Shown here piece by piece: positions 39,431 through 49,396 of a stretch of DNA of 64,000 nucleotides; the first letter of the stretch is position 1; every line of letters begins with the position of its first letter. Under the pieces are notes generated by a model, which ran no database searches, was not told the origin of the DNA, and was given only the letters and a program-made list of their open reading frames with translations. The stretch is from Terriglobia bacterium (lineage in GTDB: Bacteria > Acidobacteriota > Terriglobia > 20CM-2-55-15), in assembly GCA_965198225.1 (NCBI GenBank), contig CBDAOY010000007.1:832001-896000 (forward strand), written 5' to 3'. Made by a program: the position numbers and the translations under genes.

Positions 39431-39704
39431 TAGTGGCCTGTAACAGTGCTATCGGTACCATCGCCGATGGGTCTTGCGGGCGAGGTCGAGGAGGGAGACG
39501 GAAAGCGATGCTCATTCATCGGTGACGGCTTCCGACAAAGAGATCGCCCGCAACCCCCATCGGCCCGAAGGGTTCGGCGGAACGGCGCCGTCTTCGGTGT
39601 CGTAACGCCCTCGCAATGAAACAGCATTGGCTCGGGCGTCACTCCTAGAATCCGACGCCGTTCCGCCGAACGCTGGTACCGATAGCACTGTTACAGGTCA
39701 CCAG
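39431..39704. mobile_element. MITE family A, long copy
   Basis: TIRs TAGTGGCCTGTAACAGTGCTATCGGTACCA / TGGTACCGATAGCACTGTTACAGGTCACCA; second copy at 50698. Confidence 0.8.
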
Positions 39705-40033
39705 AACCCTCCCCGGTCCTGTCTCAAGAGGAATGGCTGACCCGTTGTTGGTGACCGAACGACTGTGTCGAGCCGTAACGGATTGAAAGCGTAGATCAGC
39801 CGGAGTGGAGTTCTGATCAACGGGATCATGACCTGAAGCTCCGCTCCGGTACTGGCCCGTAAGCCCGAGTTGGTTCCGGGCAAGTAGCGAACACTTTCTT
39901 TTCGTAGGGTGCCGTCCGGCTGGGGGAAATGACGTCTCAACTGGCTTTTCCGCATCACCCAGGAATTACCAACATCGAGGAAGGGAGCGAGAGTGAGGAT
40001 GTCTCCCGCCAGGGGGATAAGGATGCCGACCAC
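39705..40033 (-). pseudogene. C-terminal fragment of an Omp85/BamA-type beta-barrel gene
   Basis: 'TLAPFLDVGNSW', 'LRASTGAELQVMIPLIRTPLRLIYAFNPLR'; lacks the rest of the gene and is cut by the MITE. Confidence 0.65.
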
Positions 40034-40104
40034 GGGGTTCTAATTCCTGCTTCTCCCGTAATTAGTGTAAAGTCATCTAGTACCTCGAAAAGGAGTTCCC
40101 AGGA

Positions 40105-41610
40105 TTGAGCCCGTCTAACCTATTGGTCCGATTGAGCCGGCTGGAACTCGATCTTGTGGTCGAGGCGCTGGCTGCATTCCCCGTCTCAGATCCCGAGCGG
40201 GCCCATCCATTCGTGCGAGCGTTCCGAACATTCAGAGGCGCGGAGACCGGCCAGCCTTTCGAGGCTACGGTCGAAAACCTCGAAGCCGCCCTGCAGGCGC
40301 TGGTCTCTCACATGGACCAGGTAACCGCCGAACGGCGGGACGCAGGCGAAGAGGTGGCGGCCAAGATCGCCAGTACTCTATTGGCTCGAACGAAGGTTCA
40401 GGCTGAGCCTGAGACGAGCGAGGTATTCATCAACCGGCATCCGATCTATCAGCCGACGGTCCAGCTCTTCGCATACGAACTGCTTGCCCAGGAAGAAACA
40501 CGAAATGGTAGGGACTCCGACAGTCCCGTCGTCAGCCAGACGATCCTCGACAGGTTCACCGAGCCGGGACTGGATCCGCTTGTCGGCACTAAGCCAGCGT
40601 TCATCAGTGTGCCCCGGCGCGCCATTGTGACTGGCCAATGTGAGGCCTTACCCAAGGAGCGGATTGTCCTGGAGGTCCTCGACGGAGTGAATCCGGACAA
40701 GGATCTTTTCCAAGCGCTGGCAAGGCTCTCGCAGGATGGCTTTCGGGTGGCGATAGCGGATTCGCTGATTCGCTCGAGCGATTATCCACTCATCTCAATT
40801 GCGGACTTCGTCAGGCTCGATCTGAGCGCTCTGGGAAGGCCCGCCGTTGAAGCCCGAATGGAAGCGCTCCAAGGTGGGCATACCAAGTTCGTGGCCGAGG
40901 GCGTGGAAACCCATGAGGACTATGAGTTCGCTCGAGATCTGGAATTCGACTACGTTCAAGGTTACTTCTTCTGCAAGCCCCATGTCACAGGCGCAGACTT
41001 TCCGGCAAACCGTTTGGCCACGATGGAGTTGCTCGTCCGACTACAAGATCCGGCGGTGACCATCCGCGAACTGGACGAGCTGATCAACCAGGACCTGGCT
41101 TTAGCTTACAAGTTGCTCCGGTACGCGAACTCAGCCTATGTGGGTTTGCCCCGGGAGGTGGAATCGGTGAGTCATGCCGTGAGCATGGTGGGGGTGGATC
41201 GGATTCGGATCTGGGCTACTTTGTTGATGTTCTCCAAGATGGACGACAAGCCCCGGGAGTTGATGATCACGGCCGTGGTTCGCGCCAGGATGTGTGAATC
41301 CCTCGCGGAAGCTTCAAGTCAGGATCAAAAGGCCACGTTCTTTACCGTGGGTCTGTTTTCTGTTCTGGATGCTGTCCTGGACTGCCCGATGGCCCAGGCG
41401 CTGGAACTGCTGCCGATTTCGCAGGGGATCCGCGACGCCCTGTTGGATCGGAAAGGCAGGATGGGCGAAGCTCTGAAATGCGTTTTGGCCTACGAGCGGG
41501 GTGGCTGGCAGGACGTCGGGTTCGGCAATCTCAGTTCGGGGCAGATTCGAGATTGTTACCTCGACACGCTCGGCTGGACGAAAACGCAGACCGAGGGGCT
41601 GAGTATCTGA
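40105..41610 (+). CDS. EAL plus HDOD domain protein (YuxH/CdgJ-like)
   Basis: 'INRHPIY..FAYELL', 'VAEGVET', 'VQGYFFCKP', 'LAYKLLRYANSA'. Confidence 0.88.
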   Translation: MSPSNLLVRLSRLELDLVVEALAAFPVSDPERAHPFVRAFRTFRGAETGQPFEATVENLEAALQALVSHMDQVTAERRDAGEEVAAKIASTLLARTKVQAEPETSEVFINRHPIYQPTVQLFAYELLAQEETRNGRDSDSPVVSQTILDRFTEPGLDPLVGTKPAFISVPRRAIVTGQCEALPKERIVLEVLDGVNPDKDLFQALARLSQDGFRVAIADSLIRSSDYPLISIADFVRLDLSALGRPAVEARMEALQGGHTKFVAEGVETHEDYEFARDLEFDYVQGYFFCKPHVTGADFPANRLATMELLVRLQDPAVTIRELDELINQDLALAYKLLRYANSAYVGLPREVESVSHAVSMVGVDRIRIWATLLMFSKMDDKPRELMITAVVRARMCESLAEASSQDQKATFFTVGLFSVLDAVLDCPMAQALELLPISQGIRDALLDRKGRMGEALKCVLAYERGGWQDVGFGNLSSGQIRDCYLDTLGWTKTQTEGLSI

Positions 41611-41617
41611 AGAGGCG

Positions 41618-42208
41618 CTAATGGAGACTAGCTCGTTCCAGTTTCCCCAGCAGCCCATCCAGACAGTCCACCCCATTGCAGTGAATCATGAAGCCGTAGC
41701 GGCTGTAAGCGTCGGACTGCCGGATGATCATGTACGACCCGCCGCCGAGCAGGGAGTCCAGTGCGGCATCGACCGCAGGCCGCAGGAGCCGGTCGGTGGC
41801 GGAGTCGTTCGGCAGTTCCACGCGGTCGTTGAACGACAGTTCCCAGAACCCGGCGCGAGGTTTGAAAGACTCGGGGTACTCGCGTTCCGCCATCAGACGC
41901 CGCGCAAGCGCCATTCCCCGGCGGAACGTCTCGAGGACCCGATCCTCGATGCTGCCGTCCAGCTCCTTCTTGTTGTTCCACAGAATACCCGGGCCGGGTT
42001 CGGCCAGGTCGAGCGAAAGACTTCCCTGCCGGCCCACCAGCACGATTCCAGGACCCTTTGCGACATGGGCGTAGTCGGCGAGATCGACCCAACCGGCCCG
42101 GTGCGATTCTTCGTGACGCCAGCGTCCGAAGATTGAGAGGAAGGGATCCAGGTTGACCGCAGCGGGGGCATCGGTGAACAGCTTGACGGTGATCTTTTGA
42201 ATGTCCAT
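41618..42208 (-). CDS. Hypothetical protein downstream of sulfite/nitrite reductase
   Basis: 196-aa ORF 2 nt from the reductase stop; 'WVDLADYAHV..GPG'. Confidence 0.7.
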   Translation of the reverse strand: MDIQKITVKLFTDAPAAVNLDPFLSIFGRWRHEESHRAGWVDLADYAHVAKGPGIVLVGRQGSLSLDLAEPGPGILWNNKKELDGSIEDRVLETFRRGMALARRLMAEREYPESFKPRAGFWELSFNDRVELPNDSATDRLLRPAVDAALDSLLGGGSYMIIRQSDAYSRYGFMIHCNGVDCLDGLLGKLERASLH

Positions 42209-42210
42209 TC

Positions 42211-43866
42211 CTAGGCGGTGCTGTAGACCGATTGCGCCATCTCGACGAACAGCACAGCTTCCTGTACGCGGCGACGCGATTCCTCGCTCGAAACGCCGTT
42301 TCCGTCACCGGCGGCGGCCCGGAAGAAGTTCTCGGCGAACGCGACGTGGAAATCGCCGGTGTCGTAGAAGCGTTTCCGGAATTCGCCGACGGTGTCGTAG
42401 TTGTCCGACAGCAATAGTCCGCGGGTCGAGAGTAGACCGTCGGCCGCGGCTTTGACCGCCTTGAACGCCTGTTGGGCGGCGTCATTCCAGCGGCCCTCAT
42501 CCAGAGCGTGTGTCGCGTCGAATGTCAGTCGATCGGCTTCCTCCAGCATGAATTCGGCCTGATCGACCATTCCTCCGGCGCACTCGCCGACGCCCGTGTC
42601 GTGGCGGTACTGCCAACCCTGTCGGTTGTCCCTGTAGTATTCCGGTGCTTCCGCGCAGAGCGGCAGTTCGGCGAACTCGGCGAGTTCTTCCTTCAGGCGT
42701 GGTTTTCCGAGTCGGCGGACGAAGTCCGAGAAACTTTCCTCATCTCCTCGTTCTTCGTTATAAATCGACGTCAGTTTCCGGACGACTTCCGGGGCGTTTC
42801 GGGCAGGCACCTTGCCCGTGACCAATCCGAAAGAGGAGCCGTTGTTGCCGGTGCTTCCGCCGAGCACGACCTGGAAGACCGGGGCAGTGTCGGACTTCTT
42901 CCGCTGGACGGAACCCAGGAAGCCGATATCGGCGATGTGATGGTGGCCGCAGGCGTTGAAGCAGCCGCTGACCTTGACGTTGATGTCTTCGCGGTCTGCG
43001 ATCGTGCCCATGCCGTTGGCGAACTTCGCTTTGAGCTCCGCGGCGAGTCCCCGCGAGGACGAAGAGGTTGTTCGTCGTAGTGGGCGGCGTCCTGGAGTTC
43101 GCTCTCCCATCGGGGGTCTGGAGGGAGTTTGCGGCGCTCTTGGTCGACGATCCGCCGGAACTCCTCGTTTCCGAGTTTATCGATCAGGAACTTCATGCGA
43201 GCGCGGGATCGATTCTTTTTCTCGCCCAAGCGGGTAAAGACGCGGGCGATAGCCTGCGCGAGGGGCAACATTTCATCAGCGGGGATAAACTCGCTGTAGA
43301 GCTTTGCCTGCTGGGGAATTGCTCCGAGCCCGCCGCCAACGTACACCTTGAAACCCTCGATCCTTCGCCCGTCAGCTTCCTGTACGACGGCAATGGCCCC
43401 AATGTCGTGGATCATCGCGAGACCGCACGGTTTGTCATCGCAGCCCGAGAAGGCAATCTTGAATTTGCGTCCGAGGTTCTGCGCGTCGGGGCGGCGCAGC
43501 AGAAAGTGGGACATCGCCAGCGCATGGGGGGTGACATCAAAACCCTGCGACGAGCAGAGACCGGCATCGGCGCATCCGGTGACGTTGCGAACCACGTTGC
43601 CGCAGGCTTCACGGGTCGTGATCCCCACTTCGGCCAGCCGGCGCATGATGTCGGGGGTTTCTTCGAGCTCAACGAAGTGGAACTGGACGTCCTGACGCGT
43701 GGTGATGTGGCTGATGCCGTCTGCGTACTCCTCGGACAGATCCGCCAGGCAGATCATTTGTTCCGTGGTCAGGATGCCGAGCGGAATCTTGATTCGCAAC
43801 ATCTGGACGCCGCTCTGGCGCTGCCCGTAAACCCCGTGCCGCAGGCGGGTCTCGAGGAAGACTTTC
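42211..43866 (-). pseudogene. Ferredoxin-type nitrite/sulfite reductase, 5'-truncated and internally deleted
   Basis: 'GVYGQRQ', 'HITTRQDVQFH', 'REACGNVVRN', 'KIAFSGC', 'VSGCFNACGHH'; frame break near 43065; no start upstream of KVFLETRL. Confidence 0.8.
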
Positions 43867-44068
43867 GCTAAAGTATTTCGAATAAAAGGCTGATCGAGTC
43901 AGGCGCCATTCCTGGGCCTCGGTGCGGGGGAGTGATCGCCGGCCGCATGGCCTTGTTGACCAATTGAGTCATGATGACTTGGCGGACGCGTTGGCTTCCT
44001 GGCAACCGTCGCACTGACGCTTGCGCCTTGAGGCGTGAAATGGTAAGAGGACGACTGGCGGAATCGCG

Positions 44069-44494
44069 ATGATTCAAACGACCGAAATCGAACTTGAGAG
44101 CGAAGGTCACTGCGACGTGCACGACATCACTGCCGAATTGAACGCCGAAGTGGCGAAGAGCGGCATCGACGAGGGCCAGGCGCTGGTCTTCGTTTCCGGC
44201 TCAACCGCCGGCGTCACGACCGTCGAGTTCGAACCCGGTCTCGTCCGGGACATCAAAGAGTTCTTCGAGAAGCTGATACCCGAGGGGCCCGACTACCACC
44301 ATCACGCGACTTGGGGAGACGACAACGGCTCGAGTCATGTCCGCGCGGCCATTCTGAAGCCCTCGCTGACGATTCCTTTCCGCCAGGGACGGCTCCTGCT
44401 GGGGACCTGGCAGCAGGTCGTCCTGGTCGACTTCGACACCCGGCCGCGTCGACGGAGTGTCGTCGTTCAGGTCACAGGTGAGACTCGGGAGTAG
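44069..44494 (+). CDS. yjbQ: YjbQ/UPF0047 family protein
   Basis: 'GSTAGVTT', 'DNGSSHVRA', 'LLLGTWQQV'. Confidence 0.92.
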   Translation: MIQTTEIELESEGHCDVHDITAELNAEVAKSGIDEGQALVFVSGSTAGVTTVEFEPGLVRDIKEFFEKLIPEGPDYHHHATWGDDNGSSHVRAAILKPSLTIPFRQGRLLLGTWQQVVLVDFDTRPRRRSVVVQVTGETRE

Positions 44495-44556
44495 GTTTCT
44501 AGGGGTTCCCCCGACTTCAGACCTCGGACCCTGGACCTCGTGCTTTCCCGAATCCA

Positions 44557-45468
44557 CTACCGTCCCGCTGCCCGCCGGCCGACGTCGAGTGCTTCACCGG
44601 CCGCGATGATCACCCGAAAGCCCTCTTCAATCCGCCTCCCGACGTCTACGGGTCCCGCCGTGATGGCGCAGACGACGTCGAACTCCTTGCAGGCGGCCAG
44701 GACTGTCTGCACATCCTGCTCCACCGCTTCCATGTCGCCATTGTGGTACGAACCCAGGTCGCCGGGCGCAGGCGAGAGGATGCTCAAGCCGGGAACCCTG
44801 GCGATCTCCCTGGCGTTATCGACGCCGGGCCCGTTCTCGATCAGGAGCCAGCTGATCAGGTTGCCGTCGGGATCCAGAGGCCAGACGTCGGCCTTCCGTT
44901 GGTACTCCGGCACTGGCAGCCCCCAGAAGCGGGCGGCGTTGCCCGGTGCCGCCCCGCGGAATCCTTCCGGCTCGAAATCGTCGTCGCTCCTTCGGTGGGG
45001 ATAGCGCATCGCTCGGACGATGTTGAGCGCCTGAGCCGCGTTCTCGATATGGGGCACGACGATGCCGTACGCGCCCTGGTCGAGGATGTTCTTGACCATC
45101 CATTGGTTCATCTCGCGCCCATATGCCGGAATCCGGACGAGGATAGGGTGGTCGCTACCGGGGCTTCCGCGTCTCAACGTTGCTGCGGGGCTCTGCAGGA
45201 ACTGCATGAAGACCCGCATCTGGGACACGTCGAATACGCTGTGTTCGAGATCGTAGAAGACGAAGTCGAGCCTCGGGTCGGCCGAGAGCTGGATGGCTCC
45301 ATCCGGGGTGGTGTTCCCGACGAAGGTGCCGAATACAGTCTGGCCGGTGTCGAGCAGTTCGACCATTTTGTTCGTGTAGCTCTTGCCCTGTCCGCGGACG
45401 ATCGGCGACACTGAAAGTGTTCCCGACAGAACAGCGGCAAGCAGGCCGAAGTAGAGTTTCGTTTGCAT
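44557..45468 (-). CDS. HpcH/HpaI aldolase family protein with signal peptide
   Basis: 'FYDLEH', 'LDQGAYGIVVPHI', 'LIEN..GV.NA.EI', 'APGDL'. Confidence 0.87.
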   Translation of the reverse strand: MQTKLYFGLLAAVLSGTLSVSPIVRGQGKSYTNKMVELLDTGQTVFGTFVGNTTPDGAIQLSADPRLDFVFYDLEHSVFDVSQMRVFMQFLQSPAATLRRGSPGSDHPILVRIPAYGREMNQWMVKNILDQGAYGIVVPHIENAAQALNIVRAMRYPHRRSDDDFEPEGFRGAAPGNAARFWGLPVPEYQRKADVWPLDPDGNLISWLLIENGPGVDNAREIARVPGLSILSPAPGDLGSYHNGDMEAVEQDVQTVLAACKEFDVVCAITAGPVDVGRRIEEGFRVIIAAGEALDVGRRAAGR

Positions 45469-45521
45469 GCGCCCTCCTTTCGATGGAGGCATTCTACCCG
45501 CTTGGTGCGGAGGCGATCCTC

Positions 45522-46286
45522 ATGATTGCAACGACGCCCCGACAGGGCATTCTCGCCAGCGTTCTCCTGACCATCGGCCTCGCCGCGTGCGCCAACGACC
45601 AGATCACCGAGGCCGAACCGTCCGTTGCCCGCCAGATCGATTTCGAAGCGTTACGGGCCAGGATGGTCGAGCGACAGATCGAGTCTCGGGGGATTCGGAA
45701 CCCGCGGGTCCTGGACGCGATGGCCCGTGTCCCGCGCCACGAATTCGTCCCCAATCGCTACCGCGCCTATGCCTACGACGACAACCCGCTGCCTATCGGT
45801 CTCGAGCAAACCATCTCCCAACCCTACATCGTCGCCTTGATGACCGAATTGGTGGACCCGCAGCCCGAGGACCGGATACTGGAGGTCGGAACGGGATCCG
45901 GCTACCAGGCGGCCGTCGCTGCCGAGGTGGTCGACCACGTCTACAGTATCGAGATCATTCCGGAGCTCGCAGAGTCGGCCGCCGTCCGGCTGCAGCGTCT
46001 GGGAATCTCGAACGTTTCCGTCCGTGAGGGCGATGGGTATCTGGGATGGCCCGAGGAGGGCCCGTTCGACGGAATTCTCGTGACTGCTGGAGCCCGGGAC
46101 GTACCCCAACCGCTTGTCGACCAGCTTGTCGAAGGCGGCCGTATGATCATCCCGGTCGGGGAAACGCTCACCAGCCAGGTGCTCAAGGTGATCGAGAAGC
46201 TCGAAGGCGGCCGAACGGAGGTTCGAGACGTCGTTCCCGTCCGGTTCGTGCCTTTGACGCGAAGGCCGCGGGGGGGAGGGCCCTAG
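45522..46286 (+). CDS. pcm: Protein-L-isoaspartate O-methyltransferase
   Basis: 'VPRHEFVP', 'QTISQPYIVA', 'LEVGTGSGYQAA', 'VRFVPL'. Confidence 0.93.
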   Translation: MIATTPRQGILASVLLTIGLAACANDQITEAEPSVARQIDFEALRARMVERQIESRGIRNPRVLDAMARVPRHEFVPNRYRAYAYDDNPLPIGLEQTISQPYIVALMTELVDPQPEDRILEVGTGSGYQAAVAAEVVDHVYSIEIIPELAESAAVRLQRLGISNVSVREGDGYLGWPEEGPFDGILVTAGARDVPQPLVDQLVEGGRMIIPVGETLTSQVLKVIEKLEGGRTEVRDVVPVRFVPLTRRPRGGGP

Positions 46287-46602
46287 CAGCCAGTGGCAGA
46301 AGTCTGATGGTTCGCGCGCACGGGTCTTCGGAGGCGGAGACGAGGCGCGAGGAGGAATTGATGCTGTTTCATCATGACGACGAGCAACAAGGTATCCGAC
46401 CGCAACCCCCGTGCGCCCGGAGGGTTACGGTGGCGTCACACACGGGCGTTGCTGCCGGGCATTTCTCCGGACACGCTGAACGGTCGTTTGGCGCCTAGCA
46501 TCTGGCGCAACGCCGCCGTAACGCGAGCCATCAGACTTCTGCCACGGGCTTCACCCCCTCACAAATGCTGGACTCTCGCGGCGGTATCAATAGAATGAGC
46601 CC

Positions 46603-46842
46603 ATGAGTTCCACAACCGGCCAAGAGTATTCGTCCGGCTTCCTGGGGCACAGCCTGATTGCGTGGCAGGAGGGCGGAGAATGGCGGGCCCGCATCGAAGG
46701 CGAAAAGGCGCTGGAAGTCCACGACCTGTTCGGGTCGCTACATGAAGTGCAGACCGATCTGCACCTGCGCGCCCATTGTCATATCGACCACAAAGAGTGC
46801 GATTGTAAGCGCGGTTCCGGACCCGTTTGGAACGAAGGTTGA
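46603..46842 (+). CDS. Small hypothetical protein with C-terminal Cys/His cluster
   Basis: 79-aa ATG ORF with coding-like codon use; 'HCHIDHKECDC'. Confidence 0.5.
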   Translation: MSSTTGQEYSSGFLGHSLIAWQEGGEWRARIEGEKALEVHDLFGSLHEVQTDLHLRAHCHIDHKECDCKRGSGPVWNEG

Positions 46843-46856
46843 TCTTTCGGTCCGGC

Positions 46857-47645
46857 ATGTGGATCCGGACCGACGTCTTGGGTCGCTCGATCATTCGTTC
46901 GAAGTGTTTTCCGGCGTTGGTGTGTCTCCTGCTGCTGGCTCTGCCCTCCGGTTGTCTCTTCGTCCGCGGACAGCGTTACCAGCATTTCACCACACCGACT
47001 CCTGTCGCGGCCGACGAGTTTCTCGTCGTCGGCTTTCTCGGCGGGCGCGATTCCTGGGACAACACCGAGGTCGGTGTGGGGCGGCTGGCCCTCCGGCTTC
47101 GCGACTCCGGTATCGACCGGCTGCATGTCGAAACCGTCGAAAACAAGAAGCGGAACCTTGCGGTCGAACTCGTCCGGAACGCGTTCGACAGGAACAGCGA
47201 CGGGCACATCGATGGTCCCGAGCAATCGTCGATCGGGTTGATCGTCTACGGGCAGAGCTTCGGCGGCGCGGCGGTCGTGAAGTTTGCCCGTCAGATGGAA
47301 GATCTGGACATCCCTATCCTGCTGACGGTCCAGGTCGACAGCGTCGGGATCGGTGACGGCGTTATTCCCTCGAACGTCCGGTCGGCCGCCAACCTGTTCC
47401 AACGCGACGGCCTGATCATCCGAGGCGAGCCGGAGATCCGCGCCGAGGATCCCGCTCGGACTCGCATAATCGGGAACTTCCGGTTCAGCTACAAGAACAG
47501 ACAGGTCGATCTGACCGGTCTGTCATGGTTCAAGAAAATCGGCCGGGTGGCCCACGCGAAGATGGATCGGGATCCGGAGGTATGGAATCAGGTCGAACGG
47601 CTGATCCGTGACGCAGTGGAGGGCGCACGAGGACACGCCTCTTAG
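46857..47645 (+). CDS. Alpha/beta-hydrolase-like lipoprotein
   Basis: 'LPSGC' lipobox; 'YGQSFGG' nucleophile elbow. Confidence 0.7.
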   Translation: MWIRTDVLGRSIIRSKCFPALVCLLLLALPSGCLFVRGQRYQHFTTPTPVAADEFLVVGFLGGRDSWDNTEVGVGRLALRLRDSGIDRLHVETVENKKRNLAVELVRNAFDRNSDGHIDGPEQSSIGLIVYGQSFGGAAVVKFARQMEDLDIPILLTVQVDSVGIGDGVIPSNVRSAANLFQRDGLIIRGEPEIRAEDPARTRIIGNFRFSYKNRQVDLTGLSWFKKIGRVAHAKMDRDPEVWNQVERLIRDAVEGARGHAS

Positions 47646-47700
47646 ACGCTTGATCCTTGAGCCTGAGGATTCTGCTCTCACTTCGTCGGGCTCAGGTACG

Positions 47701-47842
47701 GGAATTCGGGGACGAGGAATTCGGGGACGGAGACCGGATTAAATCGACTATTAAACCGTTGGTTTGCGGATCCCAAGAGTTCGGTCTCCGTCCCCGATCT
47801 CTTTGTTGAGACGACTTTGGTCTCCGTCCCTGCACGTCCCCT
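47701..47842. repeat. GGGGAC-type REP-like inverted repeats
   Basis: GGAATTCGGGGACG x2 and CGGGGACGGAGACC opposed by GGTCTCCGTCCC x2 between convergent genes. Confidence 0.7.
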
Positions 47843-47859
47843 CTGATTGTCTTGGACGA

Positions 47860-49056
47860 TCAGTTGAGAAGATCCAGGATCGCGCCGCTGACCCGCTGCC
47901 AGGCCTCGGTGCGGGGATCGATCAGCTCGAAGTGACCCGCTCGGTCGATGGGAAGGTATTGCGCGTCGTCTCCCTCGGCTTGAGCTCTCGCGGCGTAGCT
48001 CGCACTGAGCTCGGGTGGAACGATGTCGTCAAGAGTTCCGTGCAACAGACGCTGTCGGACCTCCAGGGGGAGGTTTTCGATTGGCGATGCCAGCCGATAC
48101 CGATCCGGGACTTCCTCGGGGGACCCACCCAGAAGATCTCCCACGACTGAGTTGCTGAGCTGGAGATCCCAGGCGCGATGCAAGTCGGTGACGCCTGCCA
48201 GAGACGCGACGCCGCGGATTGGGAAACGGACCCGATCCGGCGTTCCCGACCGGACCAGCGAAAAGGCTGGCAGCCCCGAAGATCCAGGATCGCGCCGCTG
48301 ACCCGCTGCCAGGCCTCGGTGCGGGGATCGATCAGCTCGAAGTGACCCGCTCGGTCGATGGGAAGGTATTGCGCCGAGCTCTCGCGGCGTAGCTCGCACT
48401 GAGCTCGGGTGGAACGATGTCGTCAAGAGTTCCGTGCAACAGACGCTGTCGGACCTCCAGGGGGAGGCGATTGGCGATGCCAGCCGATACCGATCCGGGA
48501 CTTCCTCGGGGGACCCACCCAGAAGATCTCCCACGACTGAGGCTGAGCTGGAGATCCCAGGCGCGATGCAAGTCGGTGACGCCTGCCAGAGACGCGACGC
48601 CGCGGATTGGGAACGGGTCGCGACCGGACCCGATCCGGCGAGGTTCGCACGGCTAGCGAGCCACAGGGCGAGGTGCCCGCCAGCGGAATGGCCGACCGAC
48701 ACAACGCGTTCAGGGTCGATCGACTGCGAGAGTGAGAGCTCGCGGACGAAGTCGGCGCCCGCGGCAACATCCGCGAACGTACCCGGCCAGCCACCTCCGT
48801 CATCCCCGATTCGCCTGTACTCCAGGCTCCATGTTGCGACGCCGACTTCCCCGAGCGCGGCGCACAAGTGGCCGATGTGATCCAGGTTGTATGCGGCCCT
48901 CCAGAAACCTCCGTGAATGACGACGGCGAGCGGATGGGGGCCCGCTCCGGCGGGCAGTCGCAACTCGCCGAACCGCAGTGGAGGATCCGAATAGGGAATT
49001 CGTTCGTCCGCATCGGGAGCCGGAAGCTGCAGGATGTCGCGCGATCGCTGTGTCAT
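47860..49056 (-). pseudogene. Alpha/beta hydrolase (acetyl esterase/lipase) carrying a ~350-bp degraded internal duplication
   Basis: 'IHGGFW', 'GHSAGG', 'LLHGTLDDIVP', 'GHFELID'; ~47868-48223 repeated at ~48278-48611 with deletions. Confidence 0.8.
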
Positions 49057-49247
49057 GCCGCCGAAGCCCGACCCGGGTGGCATGCGCCGGCGGCTTCCCG
49101 CGAACGTCGAGAGTCCGCACAGGCCGAGGAATTATCTCCTGCGCATAATGACTGTTTATTCAATGGTATATATTGATTTATCTAAAGTGACCCGCTAAAT
49201 ATAGCCCGACTCTGGAAGAGGGTAGCAGGCGGCCGTGAGATGTTTCG

Positions 49248-49283
49248 AAAATGCCAACGGCCAGCCCGTGGGCCGGCCGTTGG
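49248..49283 (-). terminator. Intrinsic terminator hairpin
   Basis: CCAACGGCCGGCCC-AC-GGGCTGGCCGTTGG followed by CATTTT. Confidence 0.7.
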
Positions 49284-49362
49284 TAGAAGACGTCGGTAGC
49301 AGCGTCCGTTTATGAAATGGTCGGGGCACGAGTCCCGACAGCCCTCCTAGCGACAGTCTTCC
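49248..49362 (-). ncRNA. Candidate structured small RNA of unknown family
   Basis: Begins ~6 nt after a -10 box; GGAAGAC.GTCG pairs with CGACGTCTTCT; inner GTCGGG/CCCGAC hairpin; ends in terminator. Confidence 0.55.
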
Positions 49363-49367
49363 CCTGG

Positions 49368-49396
49368 ATACTAGCGCTGCCCCGAACCCTTGTCAA
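49368..49396 (-). promoter_or_regulatory. Sigma70-type promoter
   Basis: TTGACA (49396-49391), 17-nt spacer, TAGTAT (49373-49368). Confidence 0.7.

Noticed and set aside
39430-39642. ORF 'MTPEPMLFHCEG..' and the matching 5' extension of ORF 49393-50787
   Set aside because: Both are translations of MITE family A sequence; the amidohydrolase more plausibly starts at 50640
47860-48620. Diversity-generating retroelement template/variable repeat pair
   Set aside because: Differences are deletions rather than adenine-specific substitutions, and no reverse transcriptase is present
49281-49362. tRNA or tRNA-Sec-like ends (GGAAGAC...GTCTTCT ACCA)
   Set aside because: No TTCRA T-loop, D-arm or anticodon arm; kept only as an unknown ncRNA candidate
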